Source: Syntrophales bacterium (GTDB lineage: Bacteria > Desulfobacterota > Syntrophia > Syntrophales > UBA2210). From it: a DNA stretch of 64,000 bases. The position numbers and the translations under genes were made by a program. This document shows positions 31,617-41,432 of this stretch, piece by piece (positions within the stretch are counted from its first letter, which is position 1; the number at the start of each line of letters is the position of its first letter). Location of the stretch: contig CAXXNF010000002.1 of assembly GCA_963666365.2 (NCBI GenBank), positions 640,001-704,000 on the forward strand, given 5' to 3'. The notes below the pieces were generated by a model. That model was not told the origin of the DNA. It was given only the letters and a program-made list of their open reading frames with translations, and did no database searches.

Positions 31617-31883
31617 AATACTCACAACCTCCTCAGTTATTGCGATCATCAATTATTCCGTGCATCGCAATTGCTATCTATCAAAGGAACGCATCCCCGG
31701 CCATCGGATCATGTATGAAATAAATGCCCATAAAACCCCAGGTGATCATACGTTAAAAGATGATGTGTCCAATCTTTCATGTGCGGTGACTCATGCTTTT
31801 TACGTAGACGGCGCATTGCTGTGCAGCGATTTTCCTGACTTTGGGAATGGGGGTAGAAATCTTCTTGAATGGAAATATTTACT

Positions 31884-33265
31884 TTATAATATCAACTCTT
31901 CAACAAATGATATCAACTGATTGAGACTGCGGCACGGTCGCAGCTCATGGCAGAGAGGTCTGTAGGAGAACATTTCACTGTCGCCGCTGTACCACAATGC
32001 TTCAGGTTCAGGATTCAACCAGATCACCCTTCGGCATTTATCCCTCATTTCCCCGAGGATTCTATCCTCGGGATTGTAATAATTGGTCCTTCCATCGCCG
32101 ATTATGATCAGTGTCGTTTTTTTGTTCAGCACATCCATGTGTTCTGCTTTAAACTGCCGGAAGGTCTCGCCATAATCCGTGGAGGCATGGTACTCTATGT
32201 CGGCTTCACGCAACACCCTTTCAATCGCATCGTTGATTTCATGATTGTCAAATATATCGGTTACTTCTGACAGACCGGCGACGAACACAAAACTGTTCAC
32301 CCGCGTAAAACACTCCTGAAGTGAGTAGAGCACGTTCAGCATAAACCTTGCTGCGGACCACACGGAACTTGAAACATCGCACAGCGTGACGATCTTGCCT
32401 TTTCGAGGAGGCTTTTTCCTGAAGAAAAGCTCAACGGGAATCCCCTGATAGCGCTGGGCACGGCGAATCGTTTTTTTCACGTCAAGCATACCACGATTAT
32501 GGGAGGCATAGCGTCGAGCATGGATATCTTTCAACTTTCTTACCAGCTGTTCGATGATCTCCCGCACTTCTTCCAGTTCTTGCTGTGAAAGAAGCGAAAA
32601 AGGATGCTCTTTAAGATGATCAAGCCGCTTTTCATAGACCCTTTTCGGTTCGGGACCGTCTTCGTAGCCTCTCGGCTCGCGCAGGATCAATGTCTGCGCA
32701 CTCTCGAGCCGTTCATCGAAATGTCTTCGCAGTTCCTCCCGCAATCCCTCTCCATACCTGAATGAACCATTAGCGAGAATTGCGGCGATGGCATTTCTTG
32801 TGGCATTAATCTGAATCATAATCTGCAGCCGCGCGGCAAGCGGCGCCAGGTTCATCTTCAATCCCCAGGGTTGATTTTCCACCTCCGTTTGTAACCGCTT
32901 TATTTCAGAAAGAAGGTCGAGAGGATTGCCGGAGAGAAAGGAAAGAAGGGCTTTTTCCAGCGCATCTTCCCCTGCCTGCACTTCGAGTTCGCCAAGTATG
33001 CGGTCTATCGGCTCTGAAAGTCGCGATGACTGTGAAATATCCGCTTCCTGTCTGAGTTCATGAAAAACAGGTGGTACAGTTGGTCGAACTTACCCTGCTC
33101 CCGCCTGCTCTTTGCGAAATTACTGCGCAAAACAGCCTTGAACTGCGATTCGTCGACTATGTCGACAATTTGCAGTTGCGCCATGCAATCAAGTATCTCA
33201 GAAGTGGAAATACGCTGGCCCGCTGCACGGCAACAGGAAACAAATTTCATGACCGGATCAAACAT
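31884..33265 (-). pseudogene. CoxE-like vWA protein split by a 1-nt frameshift at about 33063-33067 (pseudogene or sequencing error)
   Basis: N part MFDPVMKFVSCCRAAGQRISTSE from 33265; C part has CDVSSSV (MIDAS), TDYG, IGDGRTNY, WLNPE; adding one T to the T5 run gives LYHLFFHELRQEAD... in frame with the 32981 ORF. Confidence 0.8.
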
Positions 33266-34181
33266 GATAAGGGTTGCTGAATATTTTGTGTACCTTCGAT
33301 CTGACCGCATCCGTATCCGCACGGTATTTACAGATCATGTTCATGGTATCCAACACTATTTCCGGAGTGAGATGCTCGATTTGCAGTGCCATAAGTGAGC
33401 GCGCCCAATCAAGCGTTTCTGAAATACAGGGCTTTTTCTTGAGATCCATTTCTCTGATTCTTCGAATCGCATCAACCACTTGACACACAAGCTGCTCCCG
33501 AATTCCTTCTATTTTGAGCCTGAGTATACGCATCTCCAATTCCCGGTCCGGGTAGTCTATATAGGCAAAAATGCAACGGCGCTTCAGGGCATCGCTCATG
33601 TCCCTGTAGTTGTTTGAGGTAAGTACTACAAAGGGTATATTGGACGCCTTTCGTGTGCCGATTTCGGGGATGGACACTTGAAAATCGCTGAGCAGTTCCA
33701 AAAGAAAGGCCTCAAATTCCGGATCAGATTTGTCTACTTCGTCTATCAGGAGCACTACGGGCTCTTCCGAACTAATTGCCTGAAGCAATGGTCGAGGTTG
33801 TATAAACCTTTCCGAAAAGAATGCGTCATCCTGAGAAGCTATTCTTTCGACCGCTTCTTTAAGAGTGCCGGCGCCGGAAATTGTATCGCCTATTTTTTCT
33901 CGCACCATCTGCGTGTAAAGTAGTTGCTTCGCATATTCCCATTCGTAAAGTGCTTTTGCCTCGTCGAGCCCTTCGTAACACTGCAGACGAATGAGCTGTC
34001 TTTCAAGACTCCGCGCCACCGCCTTTGCCAGCTCCGTCTTTCCCACGCCGGCGGGTCCCTCTACAAGTACGGGCTTATGGGTGGCCTCGGCCAGAAAAAC
34101 CACGGTTGCGAGTTCTTTTGAGGAAATATAATCGGCAGATTCGAGTTTTTTCTGCACATCTTCGACATTACTAAAATTCAT
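33258..34181 (-). CDS. MoxR/CoxD-like AAA+ ATPase
   Basis: EGPAGVGKT, RLQCYEGLD, LLIDEVDK, SDALKRRC. Confidence 0.93.
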   Translation of the reverse strand: MNFSNVEDVQKKLESADYISSKELATVVFLAEATHKPVLVEGPAGVGKTELAKAVARSLERQLIRLQCYEGLDEAKALYEWEYAKQLLYTQMVREKIGDTISGAGTLKEAVERIASQDDAFFSERFIQPRPLLQAISSEEPVVLLIDEVDKSDPEFEAFLLELLSDFQVSIPEIGTRKASNIPFVVLTSNNYRDMSDALKRRCIFAYIDYPDRELEMRILRLKIEGIREQLVCQVVDAIRRIREMDLKKKPCISETLDWARSLMALQIEHLTPEIVLDTMNMICKYRADTDAVRSKVHKIFSNPYHV

Positions 34182-34192
34182 GTGTCTATTCT

Positions 34193-34861
34193 TTACGTAG
34201 TTTCATCTGCCAGGGATGCGATGAATTTATTCGCTTCGTCAATGGATGCTTCCATTTCTTTGATCAAGTGTCCAATGTCAGTTTGTACCGAAGCGACCTC
34301 CCCCTGAATTGATGCAACGGCTTTTGCATTGAGGTTGTGCTTCAAAAACAGCACCTGGTCTTTAAACGCGGCAAGGACGGGATCGATGCTTGCCGCCGCT
34401 TTCTTCATTACGCCGATCATTTTACTGTAGCGCCGTTTTGTATCTGCAAGCTTCCGCTTGCTTGCCTGGCGCAGCCGCTCGTTATTATATTGTGCAAGCT
34501 CCGCTTCCCATTCGTCAAAGAGCGCCTCCGCCACGTCTTCCACATCGGCCACCCGGGTATGTACCGCCTCTGCCTTTGATTCGCTTCGCTTCAATTCTGC
34601 GCTCAGATCGTCATAGACCTCTTGAATTTTGCCGCCCTGAAAGTTCAGGACGCTGCTGAATTTTTCAAGGGCGGAACTGAACTGTTCCTTTGCCTCTTCC
34701 TGCGCATTACGGGCATTTTCCACGCGATTTACCATGATATCCCGTTTCTGGAATCCTATTTTCTCCATGGTGGTGTAATAGAGTGTTTGACAGCCCGACA
34801 GGCTGAATGCGCACAGCAGGGAGCTGCAACATACTAAACGGAAAAGAGTGCCATACTTCAT
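34193..34861 (-). CDS. DUF2959-like coiled-coil lipoprotein
   Basis: Lipobox LSGC; YYTTMEKIGFQKRDIMV, QVLFLKHNLNA. Confidence 0.8.
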   Translation of the reverse strand: MKYGTLFRLVCCSSLLCAFSLSGCQTLYYTTMEKIGFQKRDIMVNRVENARNAQEEAKEQFSSALEKFSSVLNFQGGKIQEVYDDLSAELKRSESKAEAVHTRVADVEDVAEALFDEWEAELAQYNNERLRQASKRKLADTKRRYSKMIGVMKKAAASIDPVLAAFKDQVLFLKHNLNAKAVASIQGEVASVQTDIGHLIKEMEASIDEANKFIASLADETT

Positions 34862-34968
34862 GTCAATCCCTCGCATATACTACAGAGACAGGTATTGCCC
34901 CTCGAATGGACACCGGAGGCAATTGTTTTCGCGGACAAAAAAGCCGTGCTTCCTCGTCCTGCTACAGT

Positions 34969-35244
34969 TCAATCACGGCTTTGGAAGAAACCAATCAGAG
35001 CCAGTATGATGATGAGAAAGCCGAATCCAAAATAAATGAAGGCGTTTTTTAAATCCACATCATTAATTCCGTTAATAATATTGATATGTTCACTGAGTAT
35101 ATAGCCCCAGAACAGCGCGAAAATATAATTAATCATTAGCGCGAGCTTTATTCTTCGAAAGAGAAGCGCCAGTGTACTGAGAATCAGAAGCATTGCAATT
35201 TGAATGAGTGGCACCGATACGTTGAGCGATAAGAAAAATTTCAT
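34969..35244 (-). CDS. Small hypothetical membrane protein (about 3 TM)
   Basis: Strong SD GGAGAAGGAGGG before ATG 35244; hydrophobic helices. Confidence 0.7.
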   Translation of the reverse strand: MKFFLSLNVSVPLIQIAMLLILSTLALLFRRIKLALMINYIFALFWGYILSEHINIINGINDVDLKNAFIYFGFGFLIIILALIGFFQSRD

Positions 35245-35583
35245 GTTTCCCTCCTTCTCCGATTCATGGCACGTGCCCGCTGTGGCGCTCTTTTCTTGCG
35301 GGAATATTTTCCACCACGCAGCGGCAGGTTGCATTCGGTTTTTCTTTGTAAATGATAACTATGGTTTGAGTCAAGAGATTATGAGGTATGTCTTCACTAA
35401 GGAGCTTTTTACAAATACGACATCTTTTGCTCAATATTTGCTTAAATAACTTGACAAATCCAAATCAGAGTCATAAGCACAACATGACGCCAGCATGAAT
35501 TCCATTGTGTGGTGATCTTGTACCGTTCGTCATAGATGAAGGTGCAGTTTCACGCATTGAAGGCAAAGGAGCTTGAGCACACA

Positions 35584-35826
35584 ATGCCCAAAAAAACACG
35601 CCGGGGACATATAGTGATCGACAGAGATCTGTGCAAGGGATGCTGTCTCTGCATATCGGTGTGCCCCCATCATATGATTAAGATATCGGATACGTTGAAC
35701 GAAAAAGGATATTACCCCGCCGAGTTTACCGGTGCGGTAACCGAATCCGATGATTCCAGATGCACCGGTTGCGCGACCTGTGCCCTAATATGTCCGGATG
35801 TGGCGATTGAGGTCTATCGTGAATGA
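35584..35826 (+). CDS. 2-oxoacid:ferredoxin oxidoreductase delta subunit (2x[4Fe-4S])
   Basis: CKGCCLCISVCP and CTGCATCALICP; first gene of the operon. Confidence 0.9.
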   Translation: MPKKTRRGHIVIDRDLCKGCCLCISVCPHHMIKISDTLNEKGYYPAEFTGAVTESDDSRCTGCATCALICPDVAIEVYRE

Positions 35827-36898
35827 CAAGGTATTGATGAGAGGAACACACATTATCGGCGAAGCGGCGGTTCGTGCAGGATGCCGTTTCTATGCCGGGT
35901 ACCCCATCACCCCCCAGAACGAATTGACGGAATACATGTCAAGCGCAATGGACCAGCTTGAAGACGGCACGTTTATTCAAGCTGAAAGCGAAATTGCTGC
36001 AGTCAACATGGTAATCGGCGCCGCCATGACCGGCGCCAGGGCTATGACAAGTTCATCAAGTCCGGGAATAAGCTTGAAACAGGAGGGCATTTCGTTTCTC
36101 GCCGCTCAGGAGCTTCCCGCGGTAATCGTAAACTCAATGCGCGGCGGCCCCGGTCTGGGAAATATTGCACCAACGCAGGGAGACTATTTTCAAGCGACCA
36201 GAGGAGGCGGCCATGGCGATTATCGATCAATTGTACTGGCGCCGGCCTATGGACAGGAACTGGGCGATATAACCGGCCGCGCCTTCGAATATGCCGATCG
36301 TTACCGCTCGCCTGTAATGATTCTTATAGACGGAATGATGGGACAGATGATGGAACCGGTCGTGTTCCCCGAGCCGATCATTCCATCCGAGCTGCCTTCC
36401 AAATCCTGGGTGCTTGATGGGGCCAGAGGGCGCCCCAGCAGAATAATCAAATCACTCATTCTGGATGCAACGAAAGAAGAAGAGCACAATTGGAAACTTT
36501 ACAGAAAATACGAAAACATTAAGAAGGAAATTCAAACCGCTGAAACATATCTTACGGAAGATGCGAAACTGGTGGTTATCGCCTATGGTACGGCAGCCAG
36601 GATTGCCAAAGGGGCAATCAAACGCGTGCGGGGCATAGGTCTGAAAGTAGGCCTTCTCCGCCCTATTACACTGTGGCCGTTTCCTGTAAGAGCGTTGGAT
36701 GAAACAAGCCGCTTCGTCAAGGAATTTTTGGTCTATGAAATGAATACCGGACAGATGGTAGAAGATGTCGAACTTGCACTGAAACGAAGCAGTGAAGTTC
36801 ACTTCTACGGCCGACCTGGCGGGATAATCTCCACACCCGATGAAATTGCCAAGGTAATTACCAGTCTCTATTACCGGCGCCATCTTGAAGAGGACTAA
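35819..36898 (+). CDS. 2-oxoacid:ferredoxin oxidoreductase alpha subunit (2-oxoisovalerate Vor-like)
   Basis: YAGYPITPQNE, QAESEIAA, TSSSSPGISLKQE, RGGGHGDY; GTG start overlaps delta. Confidence 0.92.
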   Translation: MNDKVLMRGTHIIGEAAVRAGCRFYAGYPITPQNELTEYMSSAMDQLEDGTFIQAESEIAAVNMVIGAAMTGARAMTSSSSPGISLKQEGISFLAAQELPAVIVNSMRGGPGLGNIAPTQGDYFQATRGGGHGDYRSIVLAPAYGQELGDITGRAFEYADRYRSPVMILIDGMMGQMMEPVVFPEPIIPSELPSKSWVLDGARGRPSRIIKSLILDATKEEEHNWKLYRKYENIKKEIQTAETYLTEDAKLVVIAYGTAARIAKGAIKRVRGIGLKVGLLRPITLWPFPVRALDETSRFVKEFLVYEMNTGQMVEDVELALKRSSEVHFYGRPGGIISTPDEIAKVITSLYYRRHLEED

Positions 36899-36899
36899 C

Positions 36900-37658
36900 A
36901 TGACAGATACATTGGTGTTTAAGCGCCCCCGCTATCTCAAACAGGCAGTCTATCATTACTGCCCCGGTTGCGGACACAGTATTATTCACCGGCTGATTGC
37001 AGAAGTGCTTGAGGAACTTGAAATCGGCGATATCGCCATCGGCGTGCCTCCGGCAGGCTGCGCGGTTCTTGCCTATGATTACTTTGATGTTGATATGGGC
37101 GAGGCGCCACATGGAAGAGGACCGGCGGTTGCCACCGGCATCAAGCGGATGCTTCCCGATCGAATAGTCTTTTCCTATCAGGGTGACGGGGATATCGCGG
37201 CAATCGGCACTGCGGAAACGATCCATGCAGCAAACCGGGGCGAAAACATCACCGTTGTGTTTGTCAACAACAGCTGTTACGGCATGACCGGGGGGCAGAT
37301 GGCGCCGACGACCATTCTCGGTCAGGAAGCAACAACCACGCCTGGTGGGCGGGACTCGAAACGAGACGGCGCGCCGATAGATTTGAGTGAAATGCTGGCG
37401 CTCACACGAGGAAGTGTGTACATTGAGCGCACGGCGGTAAATTCAATCAAGAACATTGTAAAAACAAAACGGGCGCTTACCAAGGCCTTTAAAATTCAAA
37501 TGGCCGGTCTTGGATTCTCTTTGGTGGAGGTACTTTCCCCCTGCCCTACAAATTGGAAGCTTTCTCCCGTCGATGCCTGTAAGTGGATTGATGAGACTAT
37601 CATTCAAACCTATCCACTCAAGGTAATCAAAGACGAAAGGGGAACAAACGATGTGTAA
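36900..37658 (+). CDS. 2-oxoacid:ferredoxin oxidoreductase beta (TPP-binding) subunit
   Basis: HYCPGCGH, YQGDGD, NNSCYGMTGGQ, SPCPTNW. Confidence 0.92.
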   Translation: MTDTLVFKRPRYLKQAVYHYCPGCGHSIIHRLIAEVLEELEIGDIAIGVPPAGCAVLAYDYFDVDMGEAPHGRGPAVATGIKRMLPDRIVFSYQGDGDIAAIGTAETIHAANRGENITVVFVNNSCYGMTGGQMAPTTILGQEATTTPGGRDSKRDGAPIDLSEMLALTRGSVYIERTAVNSIKNIVKTKRALTKAFKIQMAGLGFSLVEVLSPCPTNWKLSPVDACKWIDETIIQTYPLKVIKDERGTNDV

Positions 37659-37673
37659 GGACTTCGCGCTACT

Positions 37674-38222
37674 ATGAAAAAAACTGTGTTTGCAGGATTT
37701 GGCGGTCAGGGCGTTCTCATGATGGGCTATGTGCTGGCCGTGGCAGCGATGAGAGACGGCAAGGAAGTCACCTACCTTCCTTCTTATGGCGCCGAAATGC
37801 GAGGTGGAACCGCAAACTGCACTGTCGCCATCTCGGATGAAGAAATTTTTTCGCCCGTTGCATCATCGCCCGATTTTGCGGTTATTATGAATAAACCCTC
37901 TCTCACGAAATACGAAAATCTGATCAAAAGCGGAGGCACGATATTTCTGAACTCAAGTTTCATCGAGTATCGCTTTACGAGAGACGACATAACGGTTCAA
38001 GAAATTCCCGCAAATGATATTGCGAAACAACTGGGCAGCGAAAGAGCCATAAATATGATTATGCTGGGGGGCTTTGTGGCAAAGACAAAGCTTACTTCGC
38101 TGGAATCAATCATGAACGGACTTCAGGAAATTGTAAAAGGGAAGAAAGCCAGCGTTATGAAACTCAACCGGCAGGGTCTCGATTTGGGGGCTGAGTTTGT
38201 ATTGAAAGGAGCTTCATTGTGA
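37674..38222 (+). CDS. 2-oxoacid:ferredoxin oxidoreductase gamma subunit
   Basis: AGFGGQG, PSYGAEMRGGTANC, NMIMLG. Confidence 0.92.
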   Translation: MKKTVFAGFGGQGVLMMGYVLAVAAMRDGKEVTYLPSYGAEMRGGTANCTVAISDEEIFSPVASSPDFAVIMNKPSLTKYENLIKSGGTIFLNSSFIEYRFTRDDITVQEIPANDIAKQLGSERAINMIMLGGFVAKTKLTSLESIMNGLQEIVKGKKASVMKLNRQGLDLGAEFVLKGASL

Positions 38223-38647
38223 AAACAATTAAAGAGATCAGCCATTCTTTAAAAAACGAACCGGGCGCACTTTCCGAGGTAAGCGACATTCTCGGTGCAA
38301 ACGGTATTAACATATTGGCACTGTATTTTACCGCACAGGGAAAAGAAGGCAGACTTCAGTTTGTCTGTAACGATCCGGACCGGGCCTTCAAAGTTATGAA
38401 ATCCATTGGCTATGATATCGATACCCGTGAAGTAATCGCCTGCGTGGTGCCGAATCACCCCGGGGGACTCAACGCCGTGCTTAAGCCTCTGAAAGCCGGA
38501 GACATCAATGTTGACTATATATATTCCTGTCTCGGGACAGGCGATATCACCGTCGTCATTCTCGGCGTCGATGCAGTTGACAAGGCATGTAAAATCCTTT
38601 CTGCCAATTGGATACGGCTCATGGGAGACGAGCTGTACCATCTATGA
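38219..38647 (+). CDS. Tandem ACT domain protein
   Basis: LKNEPGAL...GINI and VPNHPGGL...INVDYIY. Confidence 0.85.
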   Translation: MKTIKEISHSLKNEPGALSEVSDILGANGINILALYFTAQGKEGRLQFVCNDPDRAFKVMKSIGYDIDTREVIACVVPNHPGGLNAVLKPLKAGDINVDYIYSCLGTGDITVVILGVDAVDKACKILSANWIRLMGDELYHL

Positions 38648-38658
38648 AAGGTAAGAGA

Positions 38659-40239
38659 TCAGATTGCATGCGTGCCGACTACCTCGGTTACGGGAAGCGC
38701 TGCGATGTCCATCAGCTTCGAATATTTCGGATCTGAAGCATTTACCAGGTCTATAACGCGAGAATAAGTATTTTCCACAAACACCTCCCTGTCCTTCATC
38801 ATCTTACGCACTCCGATGCGAAAGCGCTTTCGTTCATCCTCTTTCAATTTTCCGATGAGATGTTTCGTCGTAAATATTGCCCCACATCTTGCCAGATCCG
38901 ATATACGGGCAGCATAGTTTATTGTTTCACCCAGCGCGGTAAATTCGATACTCGTCGACGCGTGAATTGCGCTGAAATATTCCTCCCCCTGGTTGAGACC
39001 GATGTTTAGGTATAACTCATTGAACCATTTCTTCCTCATCTTCCACTCCGCTGAGAAATGTTCCATTTTCTCTTTGATTTCCAGTGCGCAGGAAAGGGCG
39101 TTCTCAATATAATTTGAATCACGCTCCTTGAGAAAATAATAGACCATGCCATCCCCCACATGCTTTCCGTACAGTCCATAGTATTTTTTAAAGCACTCCT
39201 CAAGGGTATTCCACATTTGGTTAATGAGTTCAAAGTATTCTTCAGGTGGCAGTTCTGCACATATTCTGCAGGATTCCTGAAGATCGGCAACCATGACACA
39301 GAAAGGGATCAACGTCGGCATTCTCCGCTGCAGGAGGTCGTTTATTACCTTCCCCCTGTTCTGCAGCAGTTCCGATATTCCCTGAATCATGGTATCTCGC
39401 GGTTCCAAAATGAATAAAATGCCTTCTCTGAAAAATGACGTATAGACACGATAGGTATCTTTGTTGCCATCCGCTTTTATCATGGTGATCGAATTTTGGT
39501 TGATCAAGTGGCTTTGCGACACTTCAGCGTCGTCGTAAAGCCCCTGCAAAAATTCGATTTCTCCTTGGGATATGCCTTCATAGAGTTCCGGAATGGCCTG
39601 TCTTTTATTTTTTTCTTTAAAAAAGGCCATGTGAAGCATTGCCATTTCCACCCAATTTTTAAAATGGTTCTGAAATTCCCAGTTAAAAAACAGCCTGAAA
39701 ATATTTCGTGCATCTGCGTGACTGATGTCGCTGATCGCTTTTTTTAAAATCACTTCCTCTGCCGCGCTATTGATCCAGTCTATTTCGAACTTATAATTTA
39801 TCAAATAGGCAGGGGCTGTAATACCGTCAATATCGAGTCGTATATCCTTGTTTGCAGTAAGCGCATCGATTTTTTGCCGACTATCCGGATGTTCGCCCTC
39901 ATGCGCGTCCACCGAACAAGAACTGTGATCCTGCCTTTCCTCGTTAGTGCGCACAGCGTTTGCATCAGGTGTTGACTCTTCACGCTTCATTATGTCCAGA
40001 ATCTCGGCCATGGTGAAACCCTCTTTTTTTAAACTGTGCACCTCGTTGATACGCGTGAGCGATGATTCAGGGAAATACCCTACCCTTTTGGTGCCGCCCA
40101 TGTCGGCAAAAGGTTTTTTAACTACAGGTCTCGGGATAATCCCCATTTTTATGTAATTATTAAGCGTTGCCCTTGATATATTTGTTATTTTCATTAGTTC
40201 CTTGCTGCTGATAAACAGGGAATCTTCACTTTGCCTCAT
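38659..40239 (-). CDS. Class III adenylate cyclase with N-terminal MerR-like HTH
   Basis: N-terminal SSKELMKITNISRATLNNYIKMGIIPRP; cyclase motifs VADLQES, GKHVGDG, FTALGETINYAARI; SD AAAGGGGGG. Confidence 0.85.
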   Translation of the reverse strand: MRQSEDSLFISSKELMKITNISRATLNNYIKMGIIPRPVVKKPFADMGGTKRVGYFPESSLTRINEVHSLKKEGFTMAEILDIMKREESTPDANAVRTNEERQDHSSCSVDAHEGEHPDSRQKIDALTANKDIRLDIDGITAPAYLINYKFEIDWINSAAEEVILKKAISDISHADARNIFRLFFNWEFQNHFKNWVEMAMLHMAFFKEKNKRQAIPELYEGISQGEIEFLQGLYDDAEVSQSHLINQNSITMIKADGNKDTYRVYTSFFREGILFILEPRDTMIQGISELLQNRGKVINDLLQRRMPTLIPFCVMVADLQESCRICAELPPEEYFELINQMWNTLEECFKKYYGLYGKHVGDGMVYYFLKERDSNYIENALSCALEIKEKMEHFSAEWKMRKKWFNELYLNIGLNQGEEYFSAIHASTSIEFTALGETINYAARISDLARCGAIFTTKHLIGKLKEDERKRFRIGVRKMMKDREVFVENTYSRVIDLVNASDPKYSKLMDIAALPVTEVVGTHAI

Positions 40240-40306
40240 AAAAATGCCCCCCTTTCACCGCGGCAGCAGTCTGATGTTACGTGTAGTATACCGCTCGCAC
40301 CTACCA

Positions 40307-40353
40307 CATATACTGTATAATACTATTTGTCAAGAATAATTATACAGTATATG
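40307..40353. promoter_or_regulatory. Operator-like inverted repeat around a minus-strand -35 TTGACA
   Basis: CATATACTGTATAAT (40307-21) / ATTATACAGTATATG (40339-53), 17-nt spacer containing TGTCAA (40328-33). Confidence 0.7.
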
Positions 40354-40592
40354 GGCTGCCGTTTTTTGCTGTGCATGAACACACATAATTAGTCGAACAA
40401 ACCGCATAATTATACAGCATCATCGTCCGTGTTTATACACTATGTGCCCGTTTCAGGCGCCGTCATGGATGCCGTTCGCTTTCTATACTGAGCTCACTGA
40501 AAAATCTTTTTCCCCATTAAGAAAAAACTTGCGAGAAACGGGCACAGAGGCGACACTGTTGACGACCGAAATTACACCGAGGAGCGTCGCAC

Positions 40593-41426
40593 GTGATGGA
40601 TCCTTTTTTCTCTAAAACAGTGCTGGTAACCGGGGGCGGATCGGGCATCGGCAGGGCGCTTGGCGAAGAGCTTGCTAAACGAGGCGCCCTTCTCGTACTT
40701 ACAGATATCAACCAAAAAAGGCTTGACGAGGTGTCAAGATCGATAGCGCACTGCGGAGGCAATGTGACGGCATTGCAACTTGATGTCTCTGACGGAATCG
40801 CCGTCACAGCCCTCATTAATGATCTTGTTCGAGAAATGGGCCGACTTGATTATCTCTTCAATAATGCCGGAATTGCCGTCGGCGGCGAAGCATGTGATTG
40901 TTCCCTGGCAGATTGGACATCGGTAGTGGGTGTCAACCTATACGGGGTCATACACGGCGTGTCGGCTGCCTACCCTCTTATGGTGAGGCAGGGTTTCGGA
41001 CATATTATAAACACCGCTTCTATCGAGGGACTTGTGCCGTTTCCCTGTACCGTCGGCTATGTGACAAGCAAGTATGCTGTGGTAGGTCTCTCTAACGCTC
41101 TTCGCATAGAAGGCAAAGATCTCGGAGTAAAGGTCAGTGTCGTGTGTCCGGGATTCGTCGATACCTCCATTTTTCATGATTCAAAAATGATCAATATCGA
41201 TCGCCGAAAGGTAATTGAATCCCTCTCTTCTTTTGGGGGATTGACACCACAGCAATGTGCATCGGTGATTCTCCGGGGCGTTCTGAAAAACAAGGCCATC
41301 ATCACCGTCACCTTTCACGCAAGACTGCTGTGGATGCTGCACCGCCTCAGCCCGAGTCTGACAATGCGCCTGCAGGAAAGAAGAATGAAGAAATTCCGTG
41401 AAGAATTTCGAACACTCTCATGTTGA
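40593..41426 (+). CDS. Short-chain dehydrogenase/reductase
   Basis: TGGGSGIG, NNAG, YVTSK (YxxxK), CPGFVDT. Confidence 0.93.
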   Translation: MMDPFFSKTVLVTGGGSGIGRALGEELAKRGALLVLTDINQKRLDEVSRSIAHCGGNVTALQLDVSDGIAVTALINDLVREMGRLDYLFNNAGIAVGGEACDCSLADWTSVVGVNLYGVIHGVSAAYPLMVRQGFGHIINTASIEGLVPFPCTVGYVTSKYAVVGLSNALRIEGKDLGVKVSVVCPGFVDTSIFHDSKMINIDRRKVIESLSSFGGLTPQQCASVILRGVLKNKAIITVTFHARLLWMLHRLSPSLTMRLQERRMKKFREEFRTLSC

Positions 41427-41432
41427 CAGCGC

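Noticed and set aside
35267..35280. Sigma54 promoter (TGGCACG...GC)
   Set aside because: GG-to-GC spacing is 9 nt, not 10; only a GGCACGTGCC palindrome remains
40313..40347. CTGT...ACAG as a LexA SOS box
   Set aside because: Spacing is 27 nt, not the 8 nt of CTGT-N8-ACAG
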